A stretch of 47,563 bases of DNA. Origin: a bacterium. Lineage in GTDB: Bacteria; JADJOY01. Below the pieces are notes generated by a model. It had not been told where the DNA came from, ran no database searches, and was given only the letters and a program-made list of their open reading frames with translations. The position numbers were made by a program, and so were the translations under genes. Position 1 is the stretch's first letter; every line of letters begins with the position of its first letter. The stretch spans positions 1 to 47,563 of the forward strand of contig JAXLQJ010000057.1 of assembly GCA_046331705.1 (NCBI GenBank). The letters run 5' to 3'. This document shows positions 17,948-26,600 of this stretch, piece after piece.

Positions 17948-18586
17948 TCAACAGCACTTCGACGCCTTCGACGGTGCCGGCCCCGAGGCGGGTCCACAGC
18001 ACCCGCCCGCTGCGGGCGCGGGGCTCTCGTTCACCGCGCCTCCGGCGGGCTGCGCGACTTTCGTTTCGAGGTGGCGGCCAGCGAGGTCGAGCACGGCGCG
18101 GGCGGGCATTTCCTTGACCAGTTGAGCGAGATCCACGGCACGGCGCATGTCGGCATCGGTGACGCCGAGCTTGCGCGCCCGATTGACATGGAACGTGAGG
18201 CAGGGCTCGCAGTTCGAGGCGATGGCGGATCCAATGGCCACTAGCTCTGCTACCTGTTCCGTGAAGATCGAGGGCGCTTGCTCGACACCTGCTGTCCACT
18301 TCGCGAGCTCATCTCGCGACGGGTAGCTCCCACGTTGCATGACCGCGCCATCGACCAGGGTCACCGGCAGCGCAGCCTCGCCCCGTGTTTCCAGCAGCTT
18401 GCGGACGGCCGAGTGCGCCGCGAAGGCCTGGGGTTGCTGAGCGAGGTTGAAGCGCTCGACGGTCACCCCCCGGCTCTTGAGCCACTCCACATCAGCCGCG
18501 AAGGTGACGAGAGCCTGATCTACGTCCACGCCGCAAACACCCGAGCTGCAACAAAGCGCGGGATCGAAGACCTGAACCTTGATCAT
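17948..18586 (-). CDS. arsD: ArsD arsenic metallochaperone fused to a CMD/AhpD-like domain
   Basis: AAGGAG RBS; FDPALCCSSGVCG..ERFNLAQQPQAF..YPSRDEL (ArsD), then ELVAIGSAIASNCEPCLTFH..ARKLGV (CMD), and tail GCCG..KCC. Confidence 0.9.
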   Translation of the reverse strand: MIKVQVFDPALCCSSGVCGVDVDQALVTFAADVEWLKSRGVTVERFNLAQQPQAFAAHSAVRKLLETRGEAALPVTLVDGAVMQRGSYPSRDELAKWTAGVEQAPSIFTEQVAELVAIGSAIASNCEPCLTFHVNRARKLGVTDADMRRAVDLAQLVKEMPARAVLDLAGRHLETKVAQPAGGAVNESPAPAAGGCCGPASGPAPSKASKCC

Positions 18587-18657
18587 GACAATGCTCCTTC
18601 GATGGGGGACGGTGGTGACGGCGACCGGCGCGGCCGTGAGCGCGGACTCCGGGTTGT

Positions 18658-18990
18658 TCATCGCGATGCCCTCGCGCGAGCTGGCGCCGCTCGCGGCATA
18701 CAGGGTTGACCGCCGCAGCAGTTGTCGCCGAGGAACGCCACGAGTGCGTTCATGACCTCGAAGTTCGCCGAGTAATACATGAAGCGCCCTTCCTGCCGGC
18801 GCTCGACGAGCCCGGCATGGCTCAAGGTCTTGAGGTGGAACGAGAGCGTGCTCGTCGGGATGCCCTCGCGCTCGGCGAGGTCGCCGGCCGCCACGCCCTT
18901 GGGGCCGGCGCGGACGAGCCGACGGAACACCTCCAGCCGGCTCTCTTGCGCCAAAGCGTTGAGGCAGCGGACTGCGTTCGTCGTGTCCAT
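18658..18990 (-). CDS. arsR: ArsR repressor with C-terminal CC site
   Basis: LNALAQESRLEVFRRLVRAGPKG..STLSFHLKTL..YSANFEVMNALVAFLGDNCCGGQPC. Confidence 0.92.
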   Translation of the reverse strand: MDTTNAVRCLNALAQESRLEVFRRLVRAGPKGVAAGDLAEREGIPTSTLSFHLKTLSHAGLVERRQEGRFMYYSANFEVMNALVAFLGDNCCGGQPCMPRAAPARARASR

Positions 18991-18991
18991 G

Positions 18992-19009
18992 TTTCTGGAA
19001 TTATCGAAA
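18992..19009 (-). promoter_or_regulatory. Putative ArsR operator
   Basis: TTTC-N3-AATT-N3-GAAA AT-rich dyad immediately before the ATG. Confidence 0.6.
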
Positions 19010-19203
19010 TGATGACCCGAGGCAAGTCGGCCTAAACGACGACGTGTCGTTTGGCTGCTTCAACAGCGATCCGATCCAGTACGGAGCCGCGTGGTGCGCA
19101 GGCGGTCCACGTCCGGCTGGCCGGGTTCGTGGAAGTTACGAGGCTGTAACGGCAGTCGCCGATCTCTGACCGATGCCAGACGCTTGGGAGCGCGAGTCAC
19201 AGG

Positions 19204-19590
19204 TCACGCGACTGCGGTCGCCGCGGCCGGGTGCAGGATCGACTCGACGGCGCCGCGCAGGCGCTCCACGATCCCATCGTTGTCGGTGCCACGAACATCG
19301 ACCGGGACGAGGTGGGTCTCGTCGAACCCGGTCTCGCGCACGATGCGGCGGAAGAGCTTTCGCTGGGCCTCCGGAGCGCAGGCCCCCACGATCACCCAGG
19401 TATCCGGCGTCGCTGAGCGGAGCGCGTCCTTGAGCGCCTCGTGACCACCCTGTCCGCAGAGCTGCGGATGGACGATGGAATACGTGACGTCGAGCTCGGA
19501 CTCGACCGCGAACGGCAGCGTGTTCATGTTCGCGTCCTTGAACGACGTGCATCCACCCTTGCAGTTGCAGAGCAATACTTTGATCTCCAT
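19204..19590 (-). CDS. Stand-alone heterodisulfide reductase A N-terminal-like domain protein
   Basis: AGGAGG RBS; VLLCNCKGGC..HPQLCGQGG..VIVGACAP..LFRR..VDVR resembles the HdrA N-terminal pattern (CxCG..C...G..VVAACSP..F..NIRE). Confidence 0.7.
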   Translation of the reverse strand: MEIKVLLCNCKGGCTSFKDANMNTLPFAVESELDVTYSIVHPQLCGQGGHEALKDALRSATPDTWVIVGACAPEAQRKLFRRIVRETGFDETHLVPVDVRGTDNDGIVERLRGAVESILHPAAATAVA

Positions 19591-19908
19591 GACGTCCTCC
19601 TAGAAGCTCGACGGTGACGCTCAAGGGCGACGGCGAAGCGGCGCAGATCGAGGGCGGCGGGAGCTGTCAGCCCGTATCTTGAGCAAGAAGGGTGCCGCGA
19701 CGAGCTTCACGCACCCCAGTGAGGATGTCCTGGCGACGTCTGCGGAGGATTCGGGACGGGTTGTCGATGGCGCCCAAGACGCGCGGGATTCCGGTGCAGA
19801 GCACCGTTCTGGCGGAATGGGCTCGGCCTGACCGACCGCTCCTGCATCAGGCGTGCTGATGCCCGGACGGGCCAATCCGTTACGGATGGTGACGGGAGGT
19901 GAGGACGT

Positions 19909-19977
19909 CTATCTCGGTGCAAGCACGATGATGGTCATCCCTGCGATGCAGACGGCAGCGCCGATGAGGTCCCACCG
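19909..19977 (-). pseudogene. 3' remnant of a second ynfA
   Basis: RWDLIGAAVCIAGMTIIVLAPR* versus [22 protein letters not shown] in the intact gene; the nucleotide similarity is also clear. Confidence 0.8.
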
Positions 19978-20790
19978 CGTGCGTCGCATTGGCGTGCCGG
20001 CTCGGATCGGCTCTACACCTTTGACCGACGAGGAGGGCATGCGCCTCGTCGGCGCCGAGACCGGCACCGAATAAGTCACCGTCACGCTCGAGCTGGCGAC
20101 CGGTGCGCGCCGACCCAAGACCAGTTCGAGCGTGTCCGAGTGCTGCTCCCCGAGCTTCGACCCAGGCGGGGAGAACGGTACCGCCGCGCCTCTCAGCTCA
20201 CGTGGAGCCGAACGACCCGTTCGAGGATCGAGGCGGCGTCCCCTACCCCGCCCGGTGCGCTGCCGCGCCGCTCTACGAGGCGCTGGTGCGGTCGGACTGC
20301 GACCGAGGCGGCAGCACGACGAACCCGCAAGGCCTTGATCCACGCCCCGGCTACTCACGGTCGGTTGGTCGCCATCTGGCGTGGCTCGACGTCGCGATCT
20401 CGCTCGGCGTCCCCGTTGCGAGCGATGTGCTCGACGAAGCGCTCGAGCTCAATCAGCGCGCGCACGTCCTGCGGGACCACCAGGCTGTCCGGTCCGCTCG
20501 GTGTGGCAGGCGCGCTGGCAGAGGACTCCGTCGGCTCGGCAGGAAGAAGGCCGGGGCCGGACGCTGGCCCGCGGCGCAGGTAGTGACACAGTCTGACCAG
20601 CAGCACCTCGACCGTCTCGCGGTCACGTTCCTGGAGAGTGCGTCGCGCGTCGTCGACGAAGCCGAGCAGGCTTGGTTCAATTGAACCAAATCCGACCCCC
20701 GCCAGCGCCTTCCCGCGGTTGACCGGCTCGGCGGCGAACTGCGATTCTCCCGCAGGAAACCGCAGATCGCCGCTGGAGAGGGGCGACGGA

Positions 20791-20818
20791 GCGGGTTCGA
20801 GTCCCGCCCCGGGCACCA
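20791..20818 (+). mobile_element. tRNA(Leu)-like 3' fragment, probable att site at the right end of an integrated island
   Basis: GCGGGTTCGAGTCCCGCCCCGGGCACCA is T-arm + 3' acceptor strand + discriminator A + CCA. No complementary 5' strand (GCCCGGG), D-arm or anticodon arm lies upstream. Confidence 0.75.
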
Positions 20819-21124
20819 GGTCGTTGACGACGGCGAGGGGTGGCGCGACGCGAGCGTCTCGAGCTCGCGATCGGCGCGGCGGCGAGGGGACTCCCCGTGG
20901 AGGTGGCGCCTCGAGGGCGGACACCTCGATGGCGCCGCCGAGGTGCCGCGGCGGCGCCGTCGCGGTGCGGTCAGGAACACGTGGCGTCCCACGCACGAAT
21001 GAAGTGCAGGTGGCGCGTCTTCCGCCTCGTCCACCGGCGGCGTATCCATGGGCTCGTGATTCACGCTCGTCGCGAGATCGACGGTGCGCCATTTCCGGCA
21101 ATCACGACAACGAGGAGAGAAGTC

Positions 21125-21730
21125 ATGGAACGCGAAGACTGGAACAGCCGTTACGCCACCCAGGAGCTCATCTGGACGGGCAAGGCGAATCGATTCTTGA
21201 CGGCGGAGGCGGCGAGCCTCCCGCACGGCAGGGCGCTGGATCTCGCCGCCGGCGAAGGGCGAAACGCCGTGTGGCTCGCCGAGCAGGGTTGGACGGTTCG
21301 GGCGGTCGACTTTTCCGATGTGGCCATCGAGAAGGGCAAGCAGCTCGCGGCGGCGCGGGGCGTCGCCGACAAGGTGGATTTCCAGGTGGCGGATCTTCGG
21401 CACTTCGAGCCAGGCGTCCACGCCTTCGATCTGGTCGCGCTCATCTACCTCCAGATCCCTCAGGCCGAGCTCGTCCCGATCCTGGTGCGGGCGGCGCGAG
21501 CGGTGGCGCCGGGCGGCACGTTCCTGCTCGTCGCGCATGATTCGGCGAATCGGACGCACGGGTACGGCGGTCCGCAGAGCCCGGAGGTGCTCTACACGGC
21601 CGAGCAGGTCGTCGCCGCGCTGGGCGACGAGTTGGTCGTGGAGAAGGCCGGCACCGTCGAGCGACCGGTGGAGACCGACGCCGGCACGAAGATCGCCATC
21701 GACTGCCTGGTGCGCGCTCGGCGTCCGTGA
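21125..21730 (+). CDS. Class I SAM-dependent methyltransferase (TehB/Methyltransf_25-like)
   Basis: GAGGAG RBS; WNSRY..GRALDLAAGEGRNAVWLAEQGW..VDFS..APGGTFLL. Confidence 0.9.
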   Translation: MEREDWNSRYATQELIWTGKANRFLTAEAASLPHGRALDLAAGEGRNAVWLAEQGWTVRAVDFSDVAIEKGKQLAAARGVADKVDFQVADLRHFEPGVHAFDLVALIYLQIPQAELVPILVRAARAVAPGGTFLLVAHDSANRTHGYGGPQSPEVLYTAEQVVAALGDELVVEKAGTVERPVETDAGTKIAIDCLVRARRP

Positions 21731-21760
21731 CCGCCGACCGCCGCACGATTCTTCGGATCT

Positions 21761-22693
21761 TCAGGGGCCGACGGCTCCGCGCGAACGTGGCGCGGCACCC
21801 ACCTCGGCCGCGCACGCGTCTCGAACGCATCCGCGTAGCCAGCGGTGCCCGGGATCGGCGCTCAAGCGCGGGTGCCAGAGCATCGAGACCGTGATCTCGG
21901 GGGTGGCGAACGGAAGCGGGAAGGCGTGCATGCCGGTGCGCAGCGCGGCGGTATGACGTTCGGGAACGGTGGCGATCAGATCCGAGGAGCGAGCGAGCGC
22001 GAGCGCCGTCGCGAAGCCGCCCACGATCGCGACGACCTGGCGCGCGAGTCCGAGCGGCGCGAGCGCGTCGTCGATCGGACCCGTGTCGCGCCCGCGCCGC
22101 GTGACGCCGATGTGCCGGCCGCCCGCGTAGCGCGCGGGAGTCATCCGCCCCCGAGCAAGGGTGTGTCCCGCGCGTACCACTCCCACGAAACGGTCGCGAA
22201 AGAGCGCCTGGGCCATCACCTCTGGACCGGTGGACCTTCCCACGATGCCGGTCTCCAGATCGACGTCTCCCTGACGAAGCGATTCGCTCTCCTTGTCGGA
22301 CTTCTGCACGAAGCGCAGCAGCACGCGCGGCGCCTCCGCGCTCGCCCGATCCAGCAGCCGCGGCCCGAAGGTCTCGGCGAAACCTTCGCTGGTCCGGAGC
22401 GTGAACGTCCGCGTCAGCCGTGCGAGATCGATCTCCTCGGCGGGACGCAAGACGGACTCGGCGTCGCGCACGATCGGACCCACACGGTCGCGCAGCTCGA
22501 GCGCGCGCGGCGTCGGGACGAGGCTGCGCCCTGCCCGGACCAGGAGCGGATCCCCCGTCGCGTCGCGCAAGCGCGCCAGCGTCCGGCTCATCGCCGAGGG
22601 GCTGAGCCGCAGCCTGCGCGCGGCGGCGGCCACGCTCGCCTCTTCCAGCAAGACGTCCAGAGCGACGAGCAAGTTGAGATCGGGCCTCACCAT
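21761..22693 (-). CDS. LysR-family transcriptional regulator
   Basis: DLNLLVALDVLLEEASVAAAARRLRLSPSAMSRTLARLR..DPLLVRAGR; WHPRLSADPGHRWLR. Confidence 0.95.
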   Translation of the reverse strand: MVRPDLNLLVALDVLLEEASVAAAARRLRLSPSAMSRTLARLRDATGDPLLVRAGRSLVPTPRALELRDRVGPIVRDAESVLRPAEEIDLARLTRTFTLRTSEGFAETFGPRLLDRASAEAPRVLLRFVQKSDKESESLRQGDVDLETGIVGRSTGPEVMAQALFRDRFVGVVRAGHTLARGRMTPARYAGGRHIGVTRRGRDTGPIDDALAPLGLARQVVAIVGGFATALALARSSDLIATVPERHTAALRTGMHAFPLPFATPEITVSMLWHPRLSADPGHRWLRGCVRDACAAEVGAAPRSRGAVGP

Positions 22694-22833
22694 GGCCCGA
22701 CGGTAGCGCCGCGCTCACATGGCGTCAAACGCATGGATGAAGTGCATCTCGTGCGTCTTCCGCCCTATCTCGCGTGAGCCTACGTTACTGGCACTTTCGC
22801 CTCGCGCGAGCCAAACCAGGAACGGAGATCCTC

Positions 22834-24291
22834 GTGAACACGCCAACACCCGAACCAAACGAAACGATCGAGGCCCACGCCGGCATGCCCATGGCGGCGC
22901 GCTGGGCGCTCGCTGGGCTCTCGCTCTCCATGCTGCTCTCCTCGCTCGGCACGAGCATCGCCAACGTCGCGTTGCCCACCTTCGCGCGGGCCTTCGGCGC
23001 CTCGTTCCAGGCGGTGCAGTGGGTCGTGCTCGCCTATCTCCTGGCGCTCACCTCGTCGATCGTGAGCGTGGGGCGACTCGGCGATCTCGCCGGCCGTCGG
23101 CGGCTGCTGCGCGCCGGGTTGGTGCTGTTCACCGCCGCTTCCGCCATGAGCGGCGTCGCCCCGACGCTCGGCATGCTGATCGCCGCGCGCGCGGCCCAGG
23201 GTCTCGGCGCGGCCGTCATGATGGCGCTCACCATCGCGTTCGTGGGCGAGATCGTGCCGCGCGAGAAGACCGGTAGCGCGATGGGCCTGCTCGGAACCAC
23301 CTCCGCCATCGGCACGGCGCTCGGCCCGTCGCTGGGCGGCGCCCTCATCCACCAGCTCGGGTGGCAGTCGATCTTCCTGATCAACGTCCCGCTGGGCCTC
23401 GTCGCCGTGCTGCTCACGCACCGCTACCTGCCCGTCGATCGCGCGGCGCGAAGCGCTCCCCGCATTGGATTCGACCACGCGGGAACACTGCTCCTGGTGA
23501 TGACGCTCACGGCGTACGCGCTCGCCATGACGCTCGGGCGGGGACACTTCGGCGCGCGCAACGTGGCGCTGCTCGTCGCCGCGGCGCTGGGTGTCGGGCT
23601 CTTCCTGCTCGTGGAGGCGCGGGCGAAGGATCCGCTGGTTCGCCTGGCGATGTTCCGCGATCCGGTGCTCAGCGCCCAGCTCGCCGCGAACCTGATGGTT
23701 TCGACGGTGCTGATGGCGACCTTGGTGGTCGGCCCGTTCTACCTCTCGCTCACGCTCGGCCTCGACGCCCGGCTGGTCGGCGCGGTCATGTCGATGGGGC
23801 CGATCGTCGCGGCCCTCGCCGGCGTGCCTGCGGGCCGGGTCGTGGATCGATTCGGCGCGCAGCGGATGACCAGCGCGGGGCTCGCCGGCATCGCCATGGG
23901 CTCGCTCGTTCTCTCCGCGACGCCGGAGACACTCGGCATCCCCGGCTACGTCGTTCCCATCATCGTCGTCACCGCGAGCTACGCGCTCTTCCAGGCGGCC
24001 AACAACACGGCGGTGATGCGGGACGTGAACGCGAACCAGCGCGGAGTCGTGTCCGGGATGCTCAACCTGTCCCGCAACCTGGGCCTCACCACGGGCGCTT
24101 CCGTCATGGGTGCGGTGTTCGCGATCGCCGCCGGTGCGAGCGACCTCTCGGCCGTGCATCCCGAGGCCGCCGCCACCGGCATGCGGGTCACGTTCGCCGT
24201 CGCGACGGCGCTGATCGTGCTGGCGCTCGCCGTCGTGACCGGAGGGCGCGCGCTCGGCACGCGCCGCTGGGTCGCGAGCAGCGCCTCCTGA
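22834..24291 (+). CDS. MFS transporter, DHA2 (14-TM) drug:H+ antiporter type
   Basis: SIANVALP, WVVLAYLL, GRLGDLAGRRR, GPSLGG..WQSIFLINVPLG; divergent from LysR; GTG start after GGAG. Confidence 0.93.
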   Translation: MNTPTPEPNETIEAHAGMPMAARWALAGLSLSMLLSSLGTSIANVALPTFARAFGASFQAVQWVVLAYLLALTSSIVSVGRLGDLAGRRRLLRAGLVLFTAASAMSGVAPTLGMLIAARAAQGLGAAVMMALTIAFVGEIVPREKTGSAMGLLGTTSAIGTALGPSLGGALIHQLGWQSIFLINVPLGLVAVLLTHRYLPVDRAARSAPRIGFDHAGTLLLVMTLTAYALAMTLGRGHFGARNVALLVAAALGVGLFLLVEARAKDPLVRLAMFRDPVLSAQLAANLMVSTVLMATLVVGPFYLSLTLGLDARLVGAVMSMGPIVAALAGVPAGRVVDRFGAQRMTSAGLAGIAMGSLVLSATPETLGIPGYVVPIIVVTASYALFQAANNTAVMRDVNANQRGVVSGMLNLSRNLGLTTGASVMGAVFAIAAGASDLSAVHPEAAATGMRVTFAVATALIVLALAVVTGGRALGTRRWVASSAS

Positions 24292-24500
24292 CGCTCTCGG
24301 CTCACGCTCCGTCCGCTGCCGTCGGCGTGCAGGGTTTGAACACCGCCCACCCTCGTCGTGCAGGATCTGAACACTCGCGGACGGACACGGCGAACCGACG
24401 CGCGCAGACCACCGGAATCGTTGCGCGCATCCCGCCCCGCGCCCTGGCACCCGGCATGCTGTGGACAGACCCACACCAACCATCGTGAGGAGCCCGACTC

Positions 24501-26414
24501 ATGCGTATCCCCGCACCCAACGCTGCGACCGTCGAGCTACGTGTCGCGGACGTCCTGGAACGCGACCGGTTCGGCGAGCGATGGCGCTACACGCCGCTCG
24601 TCAGCGCGCCGGATGGGTTCTGGGAGATCGACGTCGCCTCGCTGGGGCTCGCCGATGGTACCTACGAGTACGAATTCGTCGTCGATGGAAAGCGCGACGC
24701 ACCGGTGGCGGATCCGTTCGCCGAGGAGATCACCCGCTTCGGTGGCTATCGCGGAATCCTCCGCATCCGCTCCGGCAAGCAGCAGGCGCTGCCCTTCGAC
24801 TGGAGTGACGAGCTGCCGCCCCAGGTGGCGCTGCCCGAGAACCACCGCATGGTGATCTACGAGATGCCGCTGCGCTGGATGGAAGGCGAGACCGGCCGGC
24901 AGGTGGGGCTCGGCACCTTCGAGGAGGTGGTGTTCGCCCACCTGGATCGGCTCCGGGATCTGGGCTTCAACTGCATCGAGCTGCTGCCGATCCAGGACTC
25001 GCCCGACACGCTCAATTGGGGGTACGGCTCGCGCTTCTTCTTCGCGCCCGACTTCGACATGGGAGCCCCGATCGATCTCAAGCTCTTCGTCAAGCGCTGC
25101 CACCAGCGCGGCATCCGCGTGATTCTCGACGTGGTGATGAACCACGCGAAGGAGTGTCCGCTGCTCACGCTCGCCGAGAACCGCTACTTCATCCACAAGG
25201 ACGAAGAGGGGCGCGACTCGGAGTACGGGGGCCGCATGTTTCGCTACCGCGACGCCGTCGACGGGCATCACTGGGCGCGCGAATTCCACTTCAGGGCGGC
25301 AGCGTTCTGGATCGAGACCTACCGCATCGACGGGTTTCGCATCGACGAGTTCAAGGGGATCAACCACTGGGAGTTCGTCCAGGAGTTCCGCGACCGCGCA
25401 TGGCAGACGTTTCGTGCTCGATTCCCGGGGCGCCCCTTCATCGTCATCGCCGAGGACTCGTGGATGCGCACCGAGATCGTGCGCGACGAGCCCACGCATC
25501 CCCACGGTCGCAAGGTGGTCGACGCGATGTGGAACTTCAGCTACCGCGACGAGATTCGCCGCGCGCTGCTGAACGACATCGTCACCGTATTCGGCCAGCC
25601 CGCGCGTCGCGAGCGTATCGCCGGGTTCGTTTCCGGCTCACGCCGCTGGGACGACTTGTCGAAACGCGTCGACGGCGGCTTCGGCGACATGGCGCAGTCT
25701 GTCGCCTACGTCACGTCTCACGACGTCGAGCACGACGGCGAGCAGCGCCTGATGAACCAGGTGCTGTCCTCGCTGCTGCGCTACTTCGGGCGCGGCGACG
25801 GCTCGTTCCAGAACGTCCGAAATCTCTCGGCCGACATGCTCGGGAGTCGCGGCAGCGTGCCGAGCGACCTCCAAGGGCTCTACCAGCAAGCCCTCGATCG
25901 GGTGCGCGCGGCGTACGCGCTGCTCATGACCTCGGTCGGCATCCCGATGGTGCTGGCGGGTGAAGAGTTCGCCGACATCCACGACGTCGATCACCACGAC
26001 TGGCGCGTCAAGATGTCGGACCCCGTCGACTGGGGCCGGCGTTTCGACTCGGGGCACGCGGCCGTCGCCACCGCCATCTCCGATCTGGTCTGGCTGCGCC
26101 ACGGCCACCCCGCGCTGCACCGCAACGAGGTGGAGTTCTTCCACTTCCATCCCACCATCGACGAGAACGACGGCCGCCGCGTGTTCGCGTACTGCCGGAC
26201 CGCCGGCGCGTCGCTCGGCAGCGCAGGACAGGTCGTCACGATCGCCAACTTGGGCGGCGACGACTACCCGAGCTACGAGATCCCGTGGCCGTGGACAGGT
26301 GCGTGGTCGGAGCGCGGCCCGCGTCCAGGCGCCGGGTCGCTGAACGTGTTCGGCGGCAACCGCGCCGCGCTGCCCCTCGCCCCCTTCGACGTGCGGGTGT
26401 TCGAGACTTACTGA
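24501..26414 (+). CDS. GH13 alpha-amylase-family glycoside hydrolase with N-terminal CBM48-like domain
   Basis: YEYEFVVDG..VADPFA, IELLPI..NWGY, DVVMNH; catalytic motifs DGFRIDE, IAED, SHD. Confidence 0.9.
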   Translation: MRIPAPNAATVELRVADVLERDRFGERWRYTPLVSAPDGFWEIDVASLGLADGTYEYEFVVDGKRDAPVADPFAEEITRFGGYRGILRIRSGKQQALPFDWSDELPPQVALPENHRMVIYEMPLRWMEGETGRQVGLGTFEEVVFAHLDRLRDLGFNCIELLPIQDSPDTLNWGYGSRFFFAPDFDMGAPIDLKLFVKRCHQRGIRVILDVVMNHAKECPLLTLAENRYFIHKDEEGRDSEYGGRMFRYRDAVDGHHWAREFHFRAAAFWIETYRIDGFRIDEFKGINHWEFVQEFRDRAWQTFRARFPGRPFIVIAEDSWMRTEIVRDEPTHPHGRKVVDAMWNFSYRDEIRRALLNDIVTVFGQPARRERIAGFVSGSRRWDDLSKRVDGGFGDMAQSVAYVTSHDVEHDGEQRLMNQVLSSLLRYFGRGDGSFQNVRNLSADMLGSRGSVPSDLQGLYQQALDRVRAAYALLMTSVGIPMVLAGEEFADIHDVDHHDWRVKMSDPVDWGRRFDSGHAAVATAISDLVWLRHGHPALHRNEVEFFHFHPTIDENDGRRVFAYCRTAGASLGSAGQVVTIANLGGDDYPSYEIPWPWTGAWSERGPRPGAGSLNVFGGNRAALPLAPFDVRVFETY

Positions 26415-26600
26415 ACGCCCACCCGCGTGAGCGGGCGGCCTGCGTCAGGCGGCCTCAACCGGGATCAGCGGGGCCGATCGCGGCGAGCGCAAGGGAGTGC
26501 GCGACGCCAGGCTCCGCGGTCGAGAAACGAAGGCGCGCACGCCCGTCCCCCACTTGGACGGGCGTGCGCGCGTGCTGCAGGAAGGAAGAGAGAGCCTTCG

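Noticed and set aside
20730-20818. Complete tRNA gene
   Set aside because: Only the T-arm, 3' acceptor strand and CCA are present; no matching 5' strand, D-arm or anticodon arm.
20355-21101. 248 aa ORF containing LVPGAGLEP, as a possible recombinase end
   Set aside because: That peptide is simply the antisense reading of the tRNA fragment; no integrase or recombinase motifs are visible.
21125-21730. Arsenite methyltransferase ArsM
   Set aside because: Lacks the multiple conserved Cys of ArsM and lies outside the predicted island boundary.
22780-24483. 567 aa - strand ORF (likewise 28514-30229, 27075-28592 and 33630-35135)
   Set aside because: Antisense shadows of the MFS, glpD, CSLREA and kinase genes.
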